Positions 18,666 through 28,411 of a stretch of DNA of 61,259 nt are shown one piece after another (positions within the stretch are counted from its first letter, which is position 1; each line of letters starts with the position of its first letter). A program made the translations under genes and the position numbers. The notes under the pieces are model-generated. The model was given only the letters and a program-made list of their open reading frames with translations, was not told the origin of the DNA and searched no databases. Source of the stretch: a candidate division WOR-3 bacterium (GTDB taxonomy: Bacteria; Hydrothermota; Tepidihabitantia; Tepidihabitantales; Tepidihabitantaceae). The stretch lies in assembly GCA_965649225.1 (NCBI GenBank), contig CBFGJX010000017.1:1-61259 (forward strand). Reading direction: 5' to 3'.

Positions 18666-20015
18666 CTAGGCTGGTTCACTATCGTCGCCTTCCTCGATGC
18701 CGTAGTTGCGCAGTTTGGTATAGAGCATCCGGCGGGTAATGCCGAGCAGACGGGCGGCTTTGGTCTTGTTGCCGCCGGCGCGACGCAGGGCGTCGATTAC
18801 CATTGAACGTTCGACTTCAAACAGGGCAGCCGGGGAACGGGGCGATGCCGGGTTTTCAGGGCGGGCCAGCACCGGCTCGGGGAGCTGGATGTGCTGCGGA
18901 CCAATCGGCTCGCCGGCGGCAAGAATCATTGCCCGTTCGAGGACGTTTTCCAGTTCGCGGACATTGCCCGGCCAGTCGTGCTCTTGCAGCAGCCGCAGTA
19001 CTGCCGGCTCCAGCTCGCGCCGGCAGCCGAGCCGTTCGAGGATGTGGCGGGCGAGCAGCGCAATGTCGCCGGGGCGCTCGCGCAGGGGCGGGACAGTGAT
19101 GGGAAATACCGCCAGTCGGTAATAGAGGTCTTCGCGAAACAGGCCAGCGCGGACTTCGGCGGCGAGGTCGCGATTGGTGGCGCAGATGAGCCGGGCATCA
19201 ACCCGGCGGGTGGTGCGACCGCCGAGCCGGATGAATTCGCGCGACTGCAGAAACCGGAGCAGTTTGACCTGCAGGGCCGGTGGTATTTCACCGATTTCGT
19301 CCAGAAACAATGTGCCGCCTTCGGCCAGCTCGACCAGTCCGGGCCGGGCACTGACGGCACCGGTGAACGCGCCTTTTTCGTGACCGAAGAGTTCGCTTTC
19401 CAGCAGGGCTTCGGGCAGGGCAGCGGCATGCACGACCGCAAACGGACCGGTGGCCCGGCGGCTGCGGCGATGGATTTCGCGGGCGACGAGCTCCTTACCG
19501 ACACCGCTTTCACCCAGAACCAGTACCGTGGTATCGGTGGCAGCGACCCGCTCGATCAGCTGACGCACCGCGGTCAGGGCCGGGCTTTCGCCGATCAGTT
19601 CAGAACGCCTCCCGGCAGCCAGTTCGGCTCGCAGCGCGGCGTTCTCCCGGCGCAGTGCCGATCTTTCGGCCGCCCGCCGGACCAGCAGTTCCAGTTCTTC
19701 GATGCTGAAGGGTTTGGTGATGAAGTCCCAGGCGCCGCGGCGCATGGCGTCAACCGCGACCGGAATCGAGCCGTATGCAGTCATCACCACCACCGGCGCA
19801 TCGGGGTTGGCGGCCCGGGCAGCGTCGAGTACGGCGAGACCGTCAACCGGAGTCATTTTGAGGTCGGTGATGACCAGGTCAAAGTTGCCGTCGGCCAGCG
19901 CAGCCGTCGCGGCGGCGCCGTCGGTGAACTCGACTGCTTCGTGGCCGGCGTCACGCAGAGCGTCGGCGACCAGCCGGACGAATCTTGCTTCGTCGTCAAC
20001 GATGATGATTCTCAT
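18666..20015 (-). CDS. Sigma-54-dependent response regulator (NtrC/ZraR family: REC-AAA+-Fis HTH)
   Basis: [60 protein letters not shown]. Confidence 0.95.
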   Translation of the reverse strand: MRIIIVDDEARFVRLVADALRDAGHEAVEFTDGAAATAALADGNFDLVITDLKMTPVDGLAVLDAARAANPDAPVVVMTAYGSIPVAVDAMRRGAWDFITKPFSIEELELLVRRAAERSALRRENAALRAELAAGRRSELIGESPALTAVRQLIERVAATDTTVLVLGESGVGKELVAREIHRRSRRATGPFAVVHAAALPEALLESELFGHEKGAFTGAVSARPGLVELAEGGTLFLDEIGEIPPALQVKLLRFLQSREFIRLGGRTTRRVDARLICATNRDLAAEVRAGLFREDLYYRLAVFPITVPPLRERPGDIALLARHILERLGCRRELEPAVLRLLQEHDWPGNVRELENVLERAMILAAGEPIGPQHIQLPEPVLARPENPASPRSPAALFEVERSMVIDALRRAGGNKTKAARLLGITRRMLYTKLRNYGIEEGDDSEPA

Positions 20016-21304
20016 ACTGGCAGCGACACCTCGATAGTTGCGCCCGGACCGGGCCGGTCGGCAATTATTACCCGGCCGCCGAAAGATTCAACTGTCCGTC
20101 GTACCGAAAACAGACCGAGGCCGGAGCCTTTGTCGCGGGTGGTAAAGAAAGGTTCAAAGACTTTCTCCCGCAGCTGGGGCGGAATGCCCGGACCGGCGTC
20201 GGCAAAACGCAGAATTGCCCAGGCGTGGCGACCCCGCCGTCGCAGTTCACCGCTGATTTGCAGGTGGCCGCCGCCAGGCTGAGCCTGAATTGCGTTCAGA
20301 ATGATGTTGATGAAGGCGGCACGAAGCTGAATCCGGTCGGCTTTGACCGGTGGCAGTTCGGGCAGTGTCAGCTCGATTTCGATTCCGGCCTGTTGCAGCT
20401 GACCCTCGAGGTCGGCCAGACACGAACGTACCAGTGCTGCCAGCTCGACCGGCGCCAGCTGGCCGCCACCGGCCCGGCCCAGGTCGAGATAGCCGGTGAT
20501 GATCCGGTTGAGGCGGTCGACCTCATCGGTGATGTAGTCGAATGCCGGGTCAGGGTCAGCGCCGCCGAGTTTCTTTTTCAGCCGTTCGGCAGCGGCGCGG
20601 ATAATGCTCAGCGGGTTGCGGATGTCGTGAGCGACGGCGGCGGAGAGCTGGCCCAGCAGCGCGAGTGTCGCGGTGCGGGCGGCGGCGCGCTCAAGTGCGA
20701 TGCCGCGGCGCGTCAGTCCGAGCAGCGCCGCGACGATGGTAATGACGGCAAGCAGTGAAATGGCATTGATGATGATCAATGACCGGCGCAGTTCGGCCAG
20801 TGCCGAGAAAAAGCGGGCGTCGGCCTCAACCCCGATGACCGCAACAATACCGCCGGCCTGGTCGGCAAGCGGGACATAGGCGGTTTTGAGATAGGACCGA
20901 CCGGCACGCCAGAGGCGCGAACTGGTGGGCAGGCCGGAGAAGGCGGCGAGGATTTCGGTGGCGTCCAGTTCCAGTGCCGGGTCGGTGGTGCCGACTGCGG
21001 CCGGGTCGCGGGCATCGGCCAGCCGCACCAGGCTTTCGCTGACGGCGAAAACATTGTAGAGACCGTTGGTGCGCATGGTGCGTTCGAGCAGCGGCTGGAG
21101 CGAAGACCAGACCGCCGGAGTGTCTACCGAGACCGGGAGCGGTTCGAGCAGGGCGGCAAGTGTCAAGCCGACCGATTGCAGCCGGGCGCCGAGCTCTTCT
21201 TCCAGAGTACGGGTGGTGCGGGCAAGTCCGAGCCAGCCCTGAATGTTGAAGATGATGATGGCAAGTACGCCGAGCAGTCCGGCCCAGAGACCGAGTCGCC
21301 GCAT
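20012..21304 (-). CDS. Membrane sensor histidine kinase
   Basis: Two TM helices around a periplasmic domain; AHDIRNPL, NAIQA, DAGPGI, FFTT..GSGLGL. Confidence 0.93.
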   Translation of the reverse strand: MRRLGLWAGLLGVLAIIIFNIQGWLGLARTTRTLEEELGARLQSVGLTLAALLEPLPVSVDTPAVWSSLQPLLERTMRTNGLYNVFAVSESLVRLADARDPAAVGTTDPALELDATEILAAFSGLPTSSRLWRAGRSYLKTAYVPLADQAGGIVAVIGVEADARFFSALAELRRSLIIINAISLLAVITIVAALLGLTRRGIALERAAARTATLALLGQLSAAVAHDIRNPLSIIRAAAERLKKKLGGADPDPAFDYITDEVDRLNRIITGYLDLGRAGGGQLAPVELAALVRSCLADLEGQLQQAGIEIELTLPELPPVKADRIQLRAAFINIILNAIQAQPGGGHLQISGELRRRGRHAWAILRFADAGPGIPPQLREKVFEPFFTTRDKGSGLGLFSVRRTVESFGGRVIIADRPGPGATIEVSLPV

Positions 21305-21336
21305 CAGACGCCGCCAGCAGGGCAGAGGAAGGCCAT
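21304..21336 (-). CDS. Leaderless 10-aa upstream ORF (MAFLCPAGGV) coupled to the kinase
   Basis: TTGACC-N16-TACAAT-7 nt-ATG; its TGA overlaps the kinase ATG (TGATG). Confidence 0.4.
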   Translation of the reverse strand: MAFLCPAGGV

Positions 21337-21716
21337 CAGGGTGATTGTAGTTTTGCTGTTGTCAGGGTCAAGCTGACATACTGCCAGCGACTGAACGGGC
21401 CGACGGCGTCAGGATCGGAGCGGTCGCGATGGTAATCGAGAATCGGTGCGGCCGGACTGAGACCAGCCAAAACCGCCGGGCGGCGGAGTGTGGTATTCAG
21501 CAACAGGTCGACGGTCATGAGACGGGCCGGGTTCAACAGGCAACTGGCAGCCGCGGGGGCCACTGTCCGGTAACCAACCCTGATCGCAGGGTGCATTCAA
21601 GCAAGACATTGACCGGACGTCGGTTTCGGCAGCGGCCGTCACGAGGTGGTCAGCTCAGTGCTGGGCGTTGGCTGGCCGATGAACCGACGCTTGACAGAAA
21701 GTCGCAGTTAATCAGG

Positions 21717-22631
21717 ATGGTGTTCGTGCCCAGTGAAGTTGTTGCAGTCGTGAACCCGGTTGCCGGCCGGACACGCGGTCAGGAACTCTGCCGGCAGGCG
21801 CTGGGCGAGCTCCGGCGCCGGTTTGGGGAACTGGAGGTACGTGAAAGCAGCGCGCCGGGTGATGGCGTGGTGCAGGCACGGGCGGTGCGCGACCGGAAGC
21901 TGGTAGTGGCTGTTGGCGGCGACGGCACGGTGCGGGAAGTGGCAGAAGGCCTGGTTGATGGCACGGCCGAACTGGCAATCGTGCCGGTCGGTTCGGGTAA
22001 CGATTTTGTCAAAACCGTTGGTGTGCCGCGAGCGGTGGCGGCTGCCTGCCGGGTTACCGCCGAGGGTCGGGCGCGGGCGGTGGATATGGTGCGAATGACA
22101 ATGAGCGGTTGGGCCGGCAATGTGGTGCGGCACTACATCAACGTCGCCGGTTTCGGGTTCGACGCGATGGTGGTAGCCCAGGCGCAACGGTCACGCCGAC
22201 TGCGCGGGCTGGCGCTTTACGTCGATGCCGTTTTTCGGGCGGTGCGGGACTACCGTTGCCCGCCGGTGCGGCTGGCGACCGGCGGGCAGCAGTGGCAGCA
22301 GGGGATACTGCTCTGTGCCGCAGCTAATGGCCGACTGTACGGCGGGGGAATGAGGATTGCACCCGCGGCCGAGCCGGACGATGGCCAGCTGGACGTCTGT
22401 GTCGCTGAGCCGATGAACCGGCTGGAGATTATCCGGGCCCTGCCGCGACTGGTGGCGGGCACTCATGTAACGATGAAGAAGGTGAAGATGCTGCGGGTGC
22501 CGGAACTGACGATTGAACTGTTTGAGCCGACGCCGGTGCAGCTGGATGGCGACGTGATTGATTCGGCCGGCTTTTCGGTTTTTCACCTGCAGGTGCGGCC
22601 GGCAGCGATAAAGGTGCGCGTTGAGGGCTGA
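21717..22631 (+). CDS. Diacylglycerol kinase family lipid kinase (YegS/BmrU-like)
   Basis: VVNPVAG, GGDGT, PVGSGNDF, GFDA, YGGG, DDGQLD, QLDGD; start may be GTG 21726. Confidence 0.9.
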   Translation: MVFVPSEVVAVVNPVAGRTRGQELCRQALGELRRRFGELEVRESSAPGDGVVQARAVRDRKLVVAVGGDGTVREVAEGLVDGTAELAIVPVGSGNDFVKTVGVPRAVAAACRVTAEGRARAVDMVRMTMSGWAGNVVRHYINVAGFGFDAMVVAQAQRSRRLRGLALYVDAVFRAVRDYRCPPVRLATGGQQWQQGILLCAAANGRLYGGGMRIAPAAEPDDGQLDVCVAEPMNRLEIIRALPRLVAGTHVTMKKVKMLRVPELTIELFEPTPVQLDGDVIDSAGFSVFHLQVRPAAIKVRVEG

Positions 22632-22654
22632 TCCCGGCCAGTGAACCGGTCAAT

Positions 22655-22689
22655 AAAAAAGCGCCGGGGCGGCAGCTGCCGCCCCGGCG
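22655..22689 (-). terminator. Intrinsic terminator of the S8 peptidase gene
   Basis: 28-bp palindrome CGCCGGGGCGGCAGCTGCCGCCCCGGCG with a U6 tail on the minus strand. Confidence 0.85.
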
Positions 22690-22703
22690 GGTTTCGGTAG
22701 TCC

Positions 22704-25325
22704 CTAGTCTCTCAGGATAACTTTCCGGGTAGCACTGAAGCCTTCGGTTTCCAGTCGGAGCAGGTAGACACCGGCGCTGACCGGTCGGCCGGTGGCGTCG
22801 GTGCCGTTCCACTCGCCGGTGTACCAGCCCGGCCGGCGTTCGCCGGCGTCGAGGGTGCACGTCAGCTTGCCGGTGGCATCATAGACCGCCAGCCGGATGC
22901 GGGCTGTCCGCGGCAGGGCGAAACGGAGCGCAGTCTGGCCGGTAAACGGGTTGGGTCGGGCGCCTTCGAGGGCAAAGGCACGCGGCAGGTTGCGGCCTTC
23001 CTCGATGCCGACACCGGGCAGGATGCGTACCGAACCGGTGCGCTGGTTATTGGCCGGGTTGCCGTCGCCGGGCAGCGCAGTGGAGCAGCGGGTGGCGAAG
23101 GTGCCGACCGAGTCGGCAAACCACCATTCGAAATCAACCGTGTCGGTCTCACCGGCCGAGACGGTGATGTTGCGGCTGTCGGCGTAACCGTTGGTGACCC
23201 AGAACCAGACATCGAAGGTTTCGTCAACCGGACCGTAGTTGCGGACGATTGCTTTCGGCTCGAGGCTGTCGCCAAGGTAGAGCGAGTCGGTCGGCGCCAG
23301 GATTGACACAACGCCGACATCGTGCGCCGGTGGCGGTGCGGTCTGGAACATGCCGATGGCGGCGAGTGCAAAGGGCTGCGGGCCCTGCGGGATGTTGCGG
23401 GCATAGACCTTGATTGTCCAGGTGCCGAGTTCCGGACTGTTCAGCCGGAAGCACTCTTCGACGTTGAGCGAGTCGTAGTTGCCGCCGGTCTGGGACTGGC
23501 CGCCGGACCAGACATTGCCTTTGTACTCGATGCCGGTCGGCGAGACGACAAGGAGGTTGAGGTCGTTGACGATGATGCGCGCCGCCTGCATCACGCCGGG
23601 ATAGTCGGACCAGCAGAGGGCGACGCGGAACGGTCGCGAGTCGCCGACGACGTTGACGGTGAATACCGCCGAGTCGCCGGTCTGGAGCCCGACGGTGTCG
23701 TCGAGGACCCAGAGTTTCGACTGGTCGCCGGCAAAGTACAGCGATGAATCGAGGTCAACCCGTCCCCAGCCGATGTTGTTGTCGGGGACGGTGTAGCCGG
23801 TGATGTCGTTGTCGGCACCGACAATGCCAACCGCCTTGTTGAGCGCAGCGGTGATTTCCATCGGTGTGCCGGTGGTGGTGTCGCCGGTGGGGTAGAAGCC
23901 TTTGCGGAAGTAGTCGCGGATGAGTGCCATCGACCCGGTCATGTTGGGCGTGGCCATCGATGTTCCCGACATCGCGACGTAGCCGGAGGCGCTGGTGTTG
24001 GACGCCGAGTAGACGTTTACCGCCGGTGAGATGAGCTGGGGTTTGCGGCGGCCGTCGGCAGTCGGACCGCGCGACGACGAGGTGTAGAAGGTGCGGCAGC
24101 CGGTACCGTTATTGGTGCCACCGGTGGAGATGATGTTTTTGGCGATGACCGGATGACCCATCTGGTTGGTGGTCAGGTTGCCCATCGAGTTGCAGTGCAG
24201 GAAGTTGCGGTGGTTCCAGACAAACTGGTCGGCGGTCATGTCGGAGAACACGTAGATGTTGTAGGTGTCTTTGCGGGAAAGCGACATCGAGTGGTTGAAC
24301 GCCCGCAGTCCGGCAACGCCCGATTCGGGGCCGGCAAACCAGACGTTCATGTCCCAGCCCGAAGGGAAGGAGAGGTAGTACTGGAAATACAGCCGGGATT
24401 TCTTGGCCAGGCCGTCATGCCAGGAAGTGCCGCCCACCGGGTCGTCGTCGCCGCAGAGAGTACCCGAGGTGTGGGTGCCGTGCGATTCCGAGCCCTGGGT
24501 GCCAAAATAGTAGATAACCTTGCGGTGGGTCGGCGAAGGGTTATTGTTGACCGGGTCGCGGAAAAGGTCGTGAGCGTGCCAGAGCCGCTGGTCGGTGAGG
24601 GCGACGATTACCGACGAACCGTCAACGCCCTTGCGCCAGATGGTCCGGGTGGTGTCGCTGGCCGAGTAGCCGTGCATGTCAACCCACTGGGCATCGGCGT
24701 TGTCGGGAGTGACCGGATAGTAAGTTTCCACCCAGAATACACCGGGCAGGCGGGCAATGTCGGCGATGCGGCCGGCATCAATTGTCAGTCGTACCGAGTT
24801 GTTCCACTGGTTGAACTCGGGGACCATGTTCGATGCACCGAGCGAGCGCAGTTCATCCAGCAGGGCATAGGCGTTTTCCGCCTTGTGGAATACGACAATC
24901 AGGTCCTGCGGCCCGGTGTGACTGAGCAGGCCGGGAAGCAGCTTGTAGGCCGGCTGGAACAGGCCGAGCCAGCGTACTTCCGGCCGGGCAGCAAGCTGAG
25001 CGGCACGGTCGTTGCGAATCCGGGCGATGAAAGCGTAGTTGGGCAGGTACCACAGCAGTTCGGCACCGGCAGCTTCCACCGCCGACTTCCATTCCTGGCG
25101 AACGGGTCCGGGAAACTGGACGATGTAGTAGCCATGGCTGCCACTGTAGGAAGCGATGGCGAGCTCGGGCGGCAGCTTCGGTTCGGCATTGAGCGGGTCA
25201 AAGCTGTAGCCTTGAACCAGATCGATTGTCATCGGGCCGGTTTGCTCGACCGGCAGCTGGATTTTGGGCACAGCCAGCGCCGCTGCCGCGACAAGCATGA
25301 CGGCAATTACGGTCCTTCGGGTCAT
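22704..25325 (-). CDS. Secreted S8 subtilisin-like peptidase with beta-sandwich, CARDB-like and FlgD-Ig/CTD domains
   Basis: Catalytic D (ALTD), H (HGTHTSG), S (GTSMATP); SSRGPTADGR.KP; C-terminal PNPF...WNGTD..G..VSAGVY. Confidence 0.92.
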   Translation of the reverse strand: MTRRTVIAVMLVAAAALAVPKIQLPVEQTGPMTIDLVQGYSFDPLNAEPKLPPELAIASYSGSHGYYIVQFPGPVRQEWKSAVEAAGAELLWYLPNYAFIARIRNDRAAQLAARPEVRWLGLFQPAYKLLPGLLSHTGPQDLIVVFHKAENAYALLDELRSLGASNMVPEFNQWNNSVRLTIDAGRIADIARLPGVFWVETYYPVTPDNADAQWVDMHGYSASDTTRTIWRKGVDGSSVIVALTDQRLWHAHDLFRDPVNNNPSPTHRKVIYYFGTQGSESHGTHTSGTLCGDDDPVGGTSWHDGLAKKSRLYFQYYLSFPSGWDMNVWFAGPESGVAGLRAFNHSMSLSRKDTYNIYVFSDMTADQFVWNHRNFLHCNSMGNLTTNQMGHPVIAKNIISTGGTNNGTGCRTFYTSSSRGPTADGRRKPQLISPAVNVYSASNTSASGYVAMSGTSMATPNMTGSMALIRDYFRKGFYPTGDTTTGTPMEITAALNKAVGIVGADNDITGYTVPDNNIGWGRVDLDSSLYFAGDQSKLWVLDDTVGLQTGDSAVFTVNVVGDSRPFRVALCWSDYPGVMQAARIIVNDLNLLVVSPTGIEYKGNVWSGGQSQTGGNYDSLNVEECFRLNSPELGTWTIKVYARNIPQGPQPFALAAIGMFQTAPPPAHDVGVVSILAPTDSLYLGDSLEPKAIVRNYGPVDETFDVWFWVTNGYADSRNITVSAGETDTVDFEWWFADSVGTFATRCSTALPGDGNPANNQRTGSVRILPGVGIEEGRNLPRAFALEGARPNPFTGQTALRFALPRTARIRLAVYDATGKLTCTLDAGERRPGWYTGEWNGTDATGRPVSAGVYLLRLETEGFSATRKVILRD

Positions 25326-25404
25326 GGTGGACTCCTTCGATAAAAATGTCAGAACAAGACATTATACCCGTCCGCAGGTCAGCAATGCAAGGAAAAACAC
25401 GAAA

Positions 25405-25444
25405 GCACTGCCGTTCCTCCCGTAGTTGAGAGGAACGGCAGTGC
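25405..25444 (-). terminator. Terminator hairpin (15-bp stem)
   Basis: GCACTGCCGTTCCTC...GAGGAACGGCAGTGC followed by a T-rich run on the minus strand. Confidence 0.75.
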
Positions 25445-25454
25445 CGCAGGTGCA

Positions 25455-26330
25455 TCAGTCGCGTTCGGCCGTCTTGCGGTGCAGTTCAAAATCAATGCCG
25501 CCGACGACGGCGCCGGGCCTTACCGGTACCGGTTCGGGATACTCGGCCGGCTCAAATCCGCGGGCATTGCAGCTGAGCCGGTAGACGCCGGGCCGGACTC
25601 GCAGGCGGTACCAGCCGTTGGCATTGGTGCGGGCGCGAAATGCGCCGGGTTCACCGACCGCCAGAACCAGGGCGCCGACTACCGGTTTGCCGGTTGCGGC
25701 ATCAACAACCCGGCCGACGATTACGCCTCGACGCGGCCGGGGCGTCAGAGCGATGTCGATGCCTTCGACCACCGAGCCGGACTGGACAGTGACCGGGGCA
25801 GGATAGCTGGCCCGATGGTAGAGGCGGGCGACAGCACTGACAATGTAGTCGCCATCGGGCAGGCCGTGAATGGTATAGTTGCCGTTGCGGTCGGTAACCG
25901 CCCGCCCGGCACCGGCCGGGCCGCGGGCGACGACCACGGCATTGCCCACCGGCTCACCGGTGAGGCGGTCGGTGATACGGCCGCTGATGCCGCCGTTGCC
26001 CCGGCGCAGCGGTTGGAGCTGAAAGTCGATACCTTCGACGGTCTGGCCCGGTTGCAGTGTTACCGGGTCCGGCCAGGCTGCCGGCTGGTAGCCGCGGGCG
26101 CTGGCGCCGATGCGCCATTCTCCGGGCGGCAGGTTGTCGGCCCGCCAGTAGCCGTTCCGGCCGGTCAGAACCTGAACCGGCCGGCGGCTGTCGGACTGCA
26201 GTCTCACCAAGGCGTTGACGATTGGCTCACCGGTTGCGGCGTCGGTGACACGGCCGGTTATCGTGCCCAGTTCACCGGCAATCACCACTGACATGCCGGT
26301 TACGAGCAGAGCGACAAGCAGACGTTTCAT
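25455..26330 (-). CDS. Secreted protein with three carboxypeptidase-regulatory-like (transthyretin-fold) repeats
   Basis: Signal peptide; three copies of G.I.GRV.D..TG.P...A.V...T..NG.Y. Confidence 0.85.
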   Translation of the reverse strand: MKRLLVALLVTGMSVVIAGELGTITGRVTDAATGEPIVNALVRLQSDSRRPVQVLTGRNGYWRADNLPPGEWRIGASARGYQPAAWPDPVTLQPGQTVEGIDFQLQPLRRGNGGISGRITDRLTGEPVGNAVVVARGPAGAGRAVTDRNGNYTIHGLPDGDYIVSAVARLYHRASYPAPVTVQSGSVVEGIDIALTPRPRRGVIVGRVVDAATGKPVVGALVLAVGEPGAFRARTNANGWYRLRVRPGVYRLSCNARGFEPAEYPEPVPVRPGAVVGGIDFELHRKTAERD

Positions 26331-26368
26331 GGTGTGGCTCCTTTCGCAATAATCACGGCCGGATGGCT

Positions 26369-26384
26369 TGCAAGCGGCGTGCCA
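26369..26384 (-). promoter_or_regulatory. Sigma-54 (-24/-12) promoter
   Basis: TGGCAC-GCCGC-TTGCA upstream of an AAAGGAG RBS and ATG 26330. Confidence 0.85.
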
Positions 26385-26476
26385 GAGATGTAACTGCCGG
26401 TGATTGCGTGCTGATGGTTGCCAATGGTCAGCAGAACAGCGGACCGGAACAGCCGATGATGGACTTACTGGTACAG

Positions 26477-27025
26477 TCAGGCCGGGAACGGGCGGTAGTA
26501 GTCCACCCGGCCAATGCCGAACGGGTAGCTGGCCACTCTTTCCAATGTTTCATCCGGGCCGACTTCAACGATCGTGAGTGAATCGACCAGACCGAGTGTC
26601 CGAATCAGGGCCGTTACTGCGGCTGCGGCGGCATCGAGTTCAGCCGGGTCGAGCACGCGGCCGAGAACCAGCCGGGGTTCATAGTTGCCGGACTGCAGCA
26701 GCGGGATGGGTTCGGAGCCGATAATCTGAGCATGAATGTTGACCAGTTCGTCCCAGCCGCTTTCGGCCTTGTAGAAAAGCCGGTCGCCGGCAGTGTAACA
26801 GCGACGAAATGTCACTGCCTGGGGCTGGAGGCGGCGCCGGGCGCTGCTGACGTGGTCGGCGACATGCTGTATCTCAGCAAGGTCGAGCGGGGTGAAGGGA
26901 AGCACAACCGGGATATGGGGTTCGGCTGGAACGATCCAGGAGCGGAAGCGGTCGCGCAGGCGCCTCAGCTCAGCTTCGTTGTCGAGACGCGGGAAGGCGA
27001 CCACACTGTACTGTACGGCCCTCAC
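26477..27025 (-). CDS. 2H phosphoesterase (2'-5' RNA ligase-like) fold protein with degenerate motifs
   Basis: EPHIPVVLPF and YEPRLVLGR at the two HxT positions; GTG 27025 lies 7 nt after TAAAAT. Confidence 0.6.
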   Translation of the reverse strand: MRAVQYSVVAFPRLDNEAELRRLRDRFRSWIVPAEPHIPVVLPFTPLDLAEIQHVADHVSSARRRLQPQAVTFRRCYTAGDRLFYKAESGWDELVNIHAQIIGSEPIPLLQSGNYEPRLVLGRVLDPAELDAAAAAVTALIRTLGLVDSLTIVEVGPDETLERVASYPFGIGRVDYYRPFPA

Positions 27026-27249
27026 AATCAGTATTTTAACGAACGGGACGATTTTGGCAATGCTGGGGGAATGTCGGCGGTCCGGTTCTGGTAAATAGCA
27101 GTGATGCGACACGCGCCGGCAGTGGTCGGCGCTCTTGATGCCTGGCGTTTCCTTCAGATGCAGCGAGCCCGGCCGCAACACCCCAACCTGCGGCCGGGTG
27201 CTGCATCAGCAGCGTTGACAGCCGGCAGTCAGAGAACAATAATTCGCCG

Positions 27250-28053
27250 GTGCTGAGAAGACTGACAGTTCTGATGCTAGTGTTGAGTGGTTGCTGGCGG
27301 CAGTCGGTGACCCCCGCACCGGTGCTGCCGGCGGCCGATATCGTCGTCGCTGCCGAGGGGGGCGATTTTGCGACCGTCAACGACGCGATTGCCGCTGCGT
27401 CCGACGGAAGCGTGATACTGATTAAACCCGGAATCTATCGTGAACAGGTCCGAATCGTCGGCAAGCGACGATTGACCATCATCGGCGCCGATCCGGCCAC
27501 GACAATCATTGATGCAACCGGCCGGTATGCGGCAGTGGAAATCAGGACCGACTCCAATCGGATTGCCAACCTCACATTGCGCAACGCCGATGACCATGGC
27601 ATCTGGGTGAGGGACGGCAGTCAGGTCATCGAGCGTTGCCTGGTGGTCAACTGCGGCGACCGTGGGATTTATCTGAGCGCACTTGCCGGTTTCGCTTTCG
27701 CCCGGATCGAATACTGCACCATAGTCGAGAACGGCTCATCCGGCATCTATGCCGCGCGTGACGACGAGCGCACGGTGGTGCGCAACTGCATCATAGCGAA
27801 CAATCCGCGCGGTATCGTTACCGATAACAATTCCGGCCGACTGGTGATAGAGTACAACTGTCTTTTCAATACCGAAGCCGACTTTGACCGCGTCACTCCG
27901 GGAGCGGGCAATATCATCGCGAGTCCGGGCTTTGCCGGTTCGGCCAGCGGTGACTGGCGGTTGCGCCCTGATTCACCCTGTATCAGTGCCGGGTCAGATG
28001 GCGGCCCGGTCGGCTGCTTTCCAGTGGTTCAGAGACGTAAGTCACTATTTTAG
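27250..28053 (+). CDS. Lipoprotein with right-handed parallel beta-helix
   Basis: Lipobox VLSGC; GDFATVNDAI...IKPGIYRE; repeated GI.. / NC.I..N; WRLRPDSPCI. Confidence 0.8.
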   Translation: MLRRLTVLMLVLSGCWRQSVTPAPVLPAADIVVAAEGGDFATVNDAIAAASDGSVILIKPGIYREQVRIVGKRRLTIIGADPATTIIDATGRYAAVEIRTDSNRIANLTLRNADDHGIWVRDGSQVIERCLVVNCGDRGIYLSALAGFAFARIEYCTIVENGSSGIYAARDDERTVVRNCIIANNPRGIVTDNNSGRLVIEYNCLFNTEADFDRVTPGAGNIIASPGFAGSASGDWRLRPDSPCISAGSDGGPVGCFPVVQRRKSLF

Positions 28054-28377
28054 AACAGATTGCGCAAATGATGCTGTCCGGAGCGTTTCGGGCTGGTTGA
28101 GCTTCGGTTAGTCGCGACCAATCAGTAACATTTTGACAATAATAAGCTTATGCAGCCGAACCCTGCCGGACGGAAATCCGGTGGGGTAAGGCTCTGCCGC
28201 TATGGGGGTTACCGAGTCGGGGCCGCCGACTTGACGGTTCGTGCGGGGGTATCGCGGCTGTAACCGGCAGTGTGTCAAGAACCTGCTGACCAGCTCCAAT
28301 AACTACCACAAAAACTAGAAGTGTCAGAGAGGCCTAACTCCCAAATCTGCGTTACTTGCAGATATTTTTCCGGCGGC

Positions 28378-28406
28378 TTGACACCCTGTCTGCCAGGGTC
28401 TATCTT
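28378..28406 (+). promoter_or_regulatory. Sigma-70 promoter driving a non-coding segment
   Basis: TTGACA-N17-TATCTT. Confidence 0.65.
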
Positions 28407-28411
28407 GGACA

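Noticed and set aside
18891..20282. 463-aa plus-strand ORF, and similar shadows at 24153-25343, 50460-51692 and 55371-56495
   Set aside because: Each overlaps a motif-supported gene on the opposite strand.
28151..28220. Resemblance to SRP RNA or a c-di-GMP-I riboswitch (GAACC...GGAAA...GGGGTTACCGA)
   Set aside because: Lacks the SRP CAGG/AGCA symmetric loop and the GCAAAGCC...UAA core of the riboswitch.
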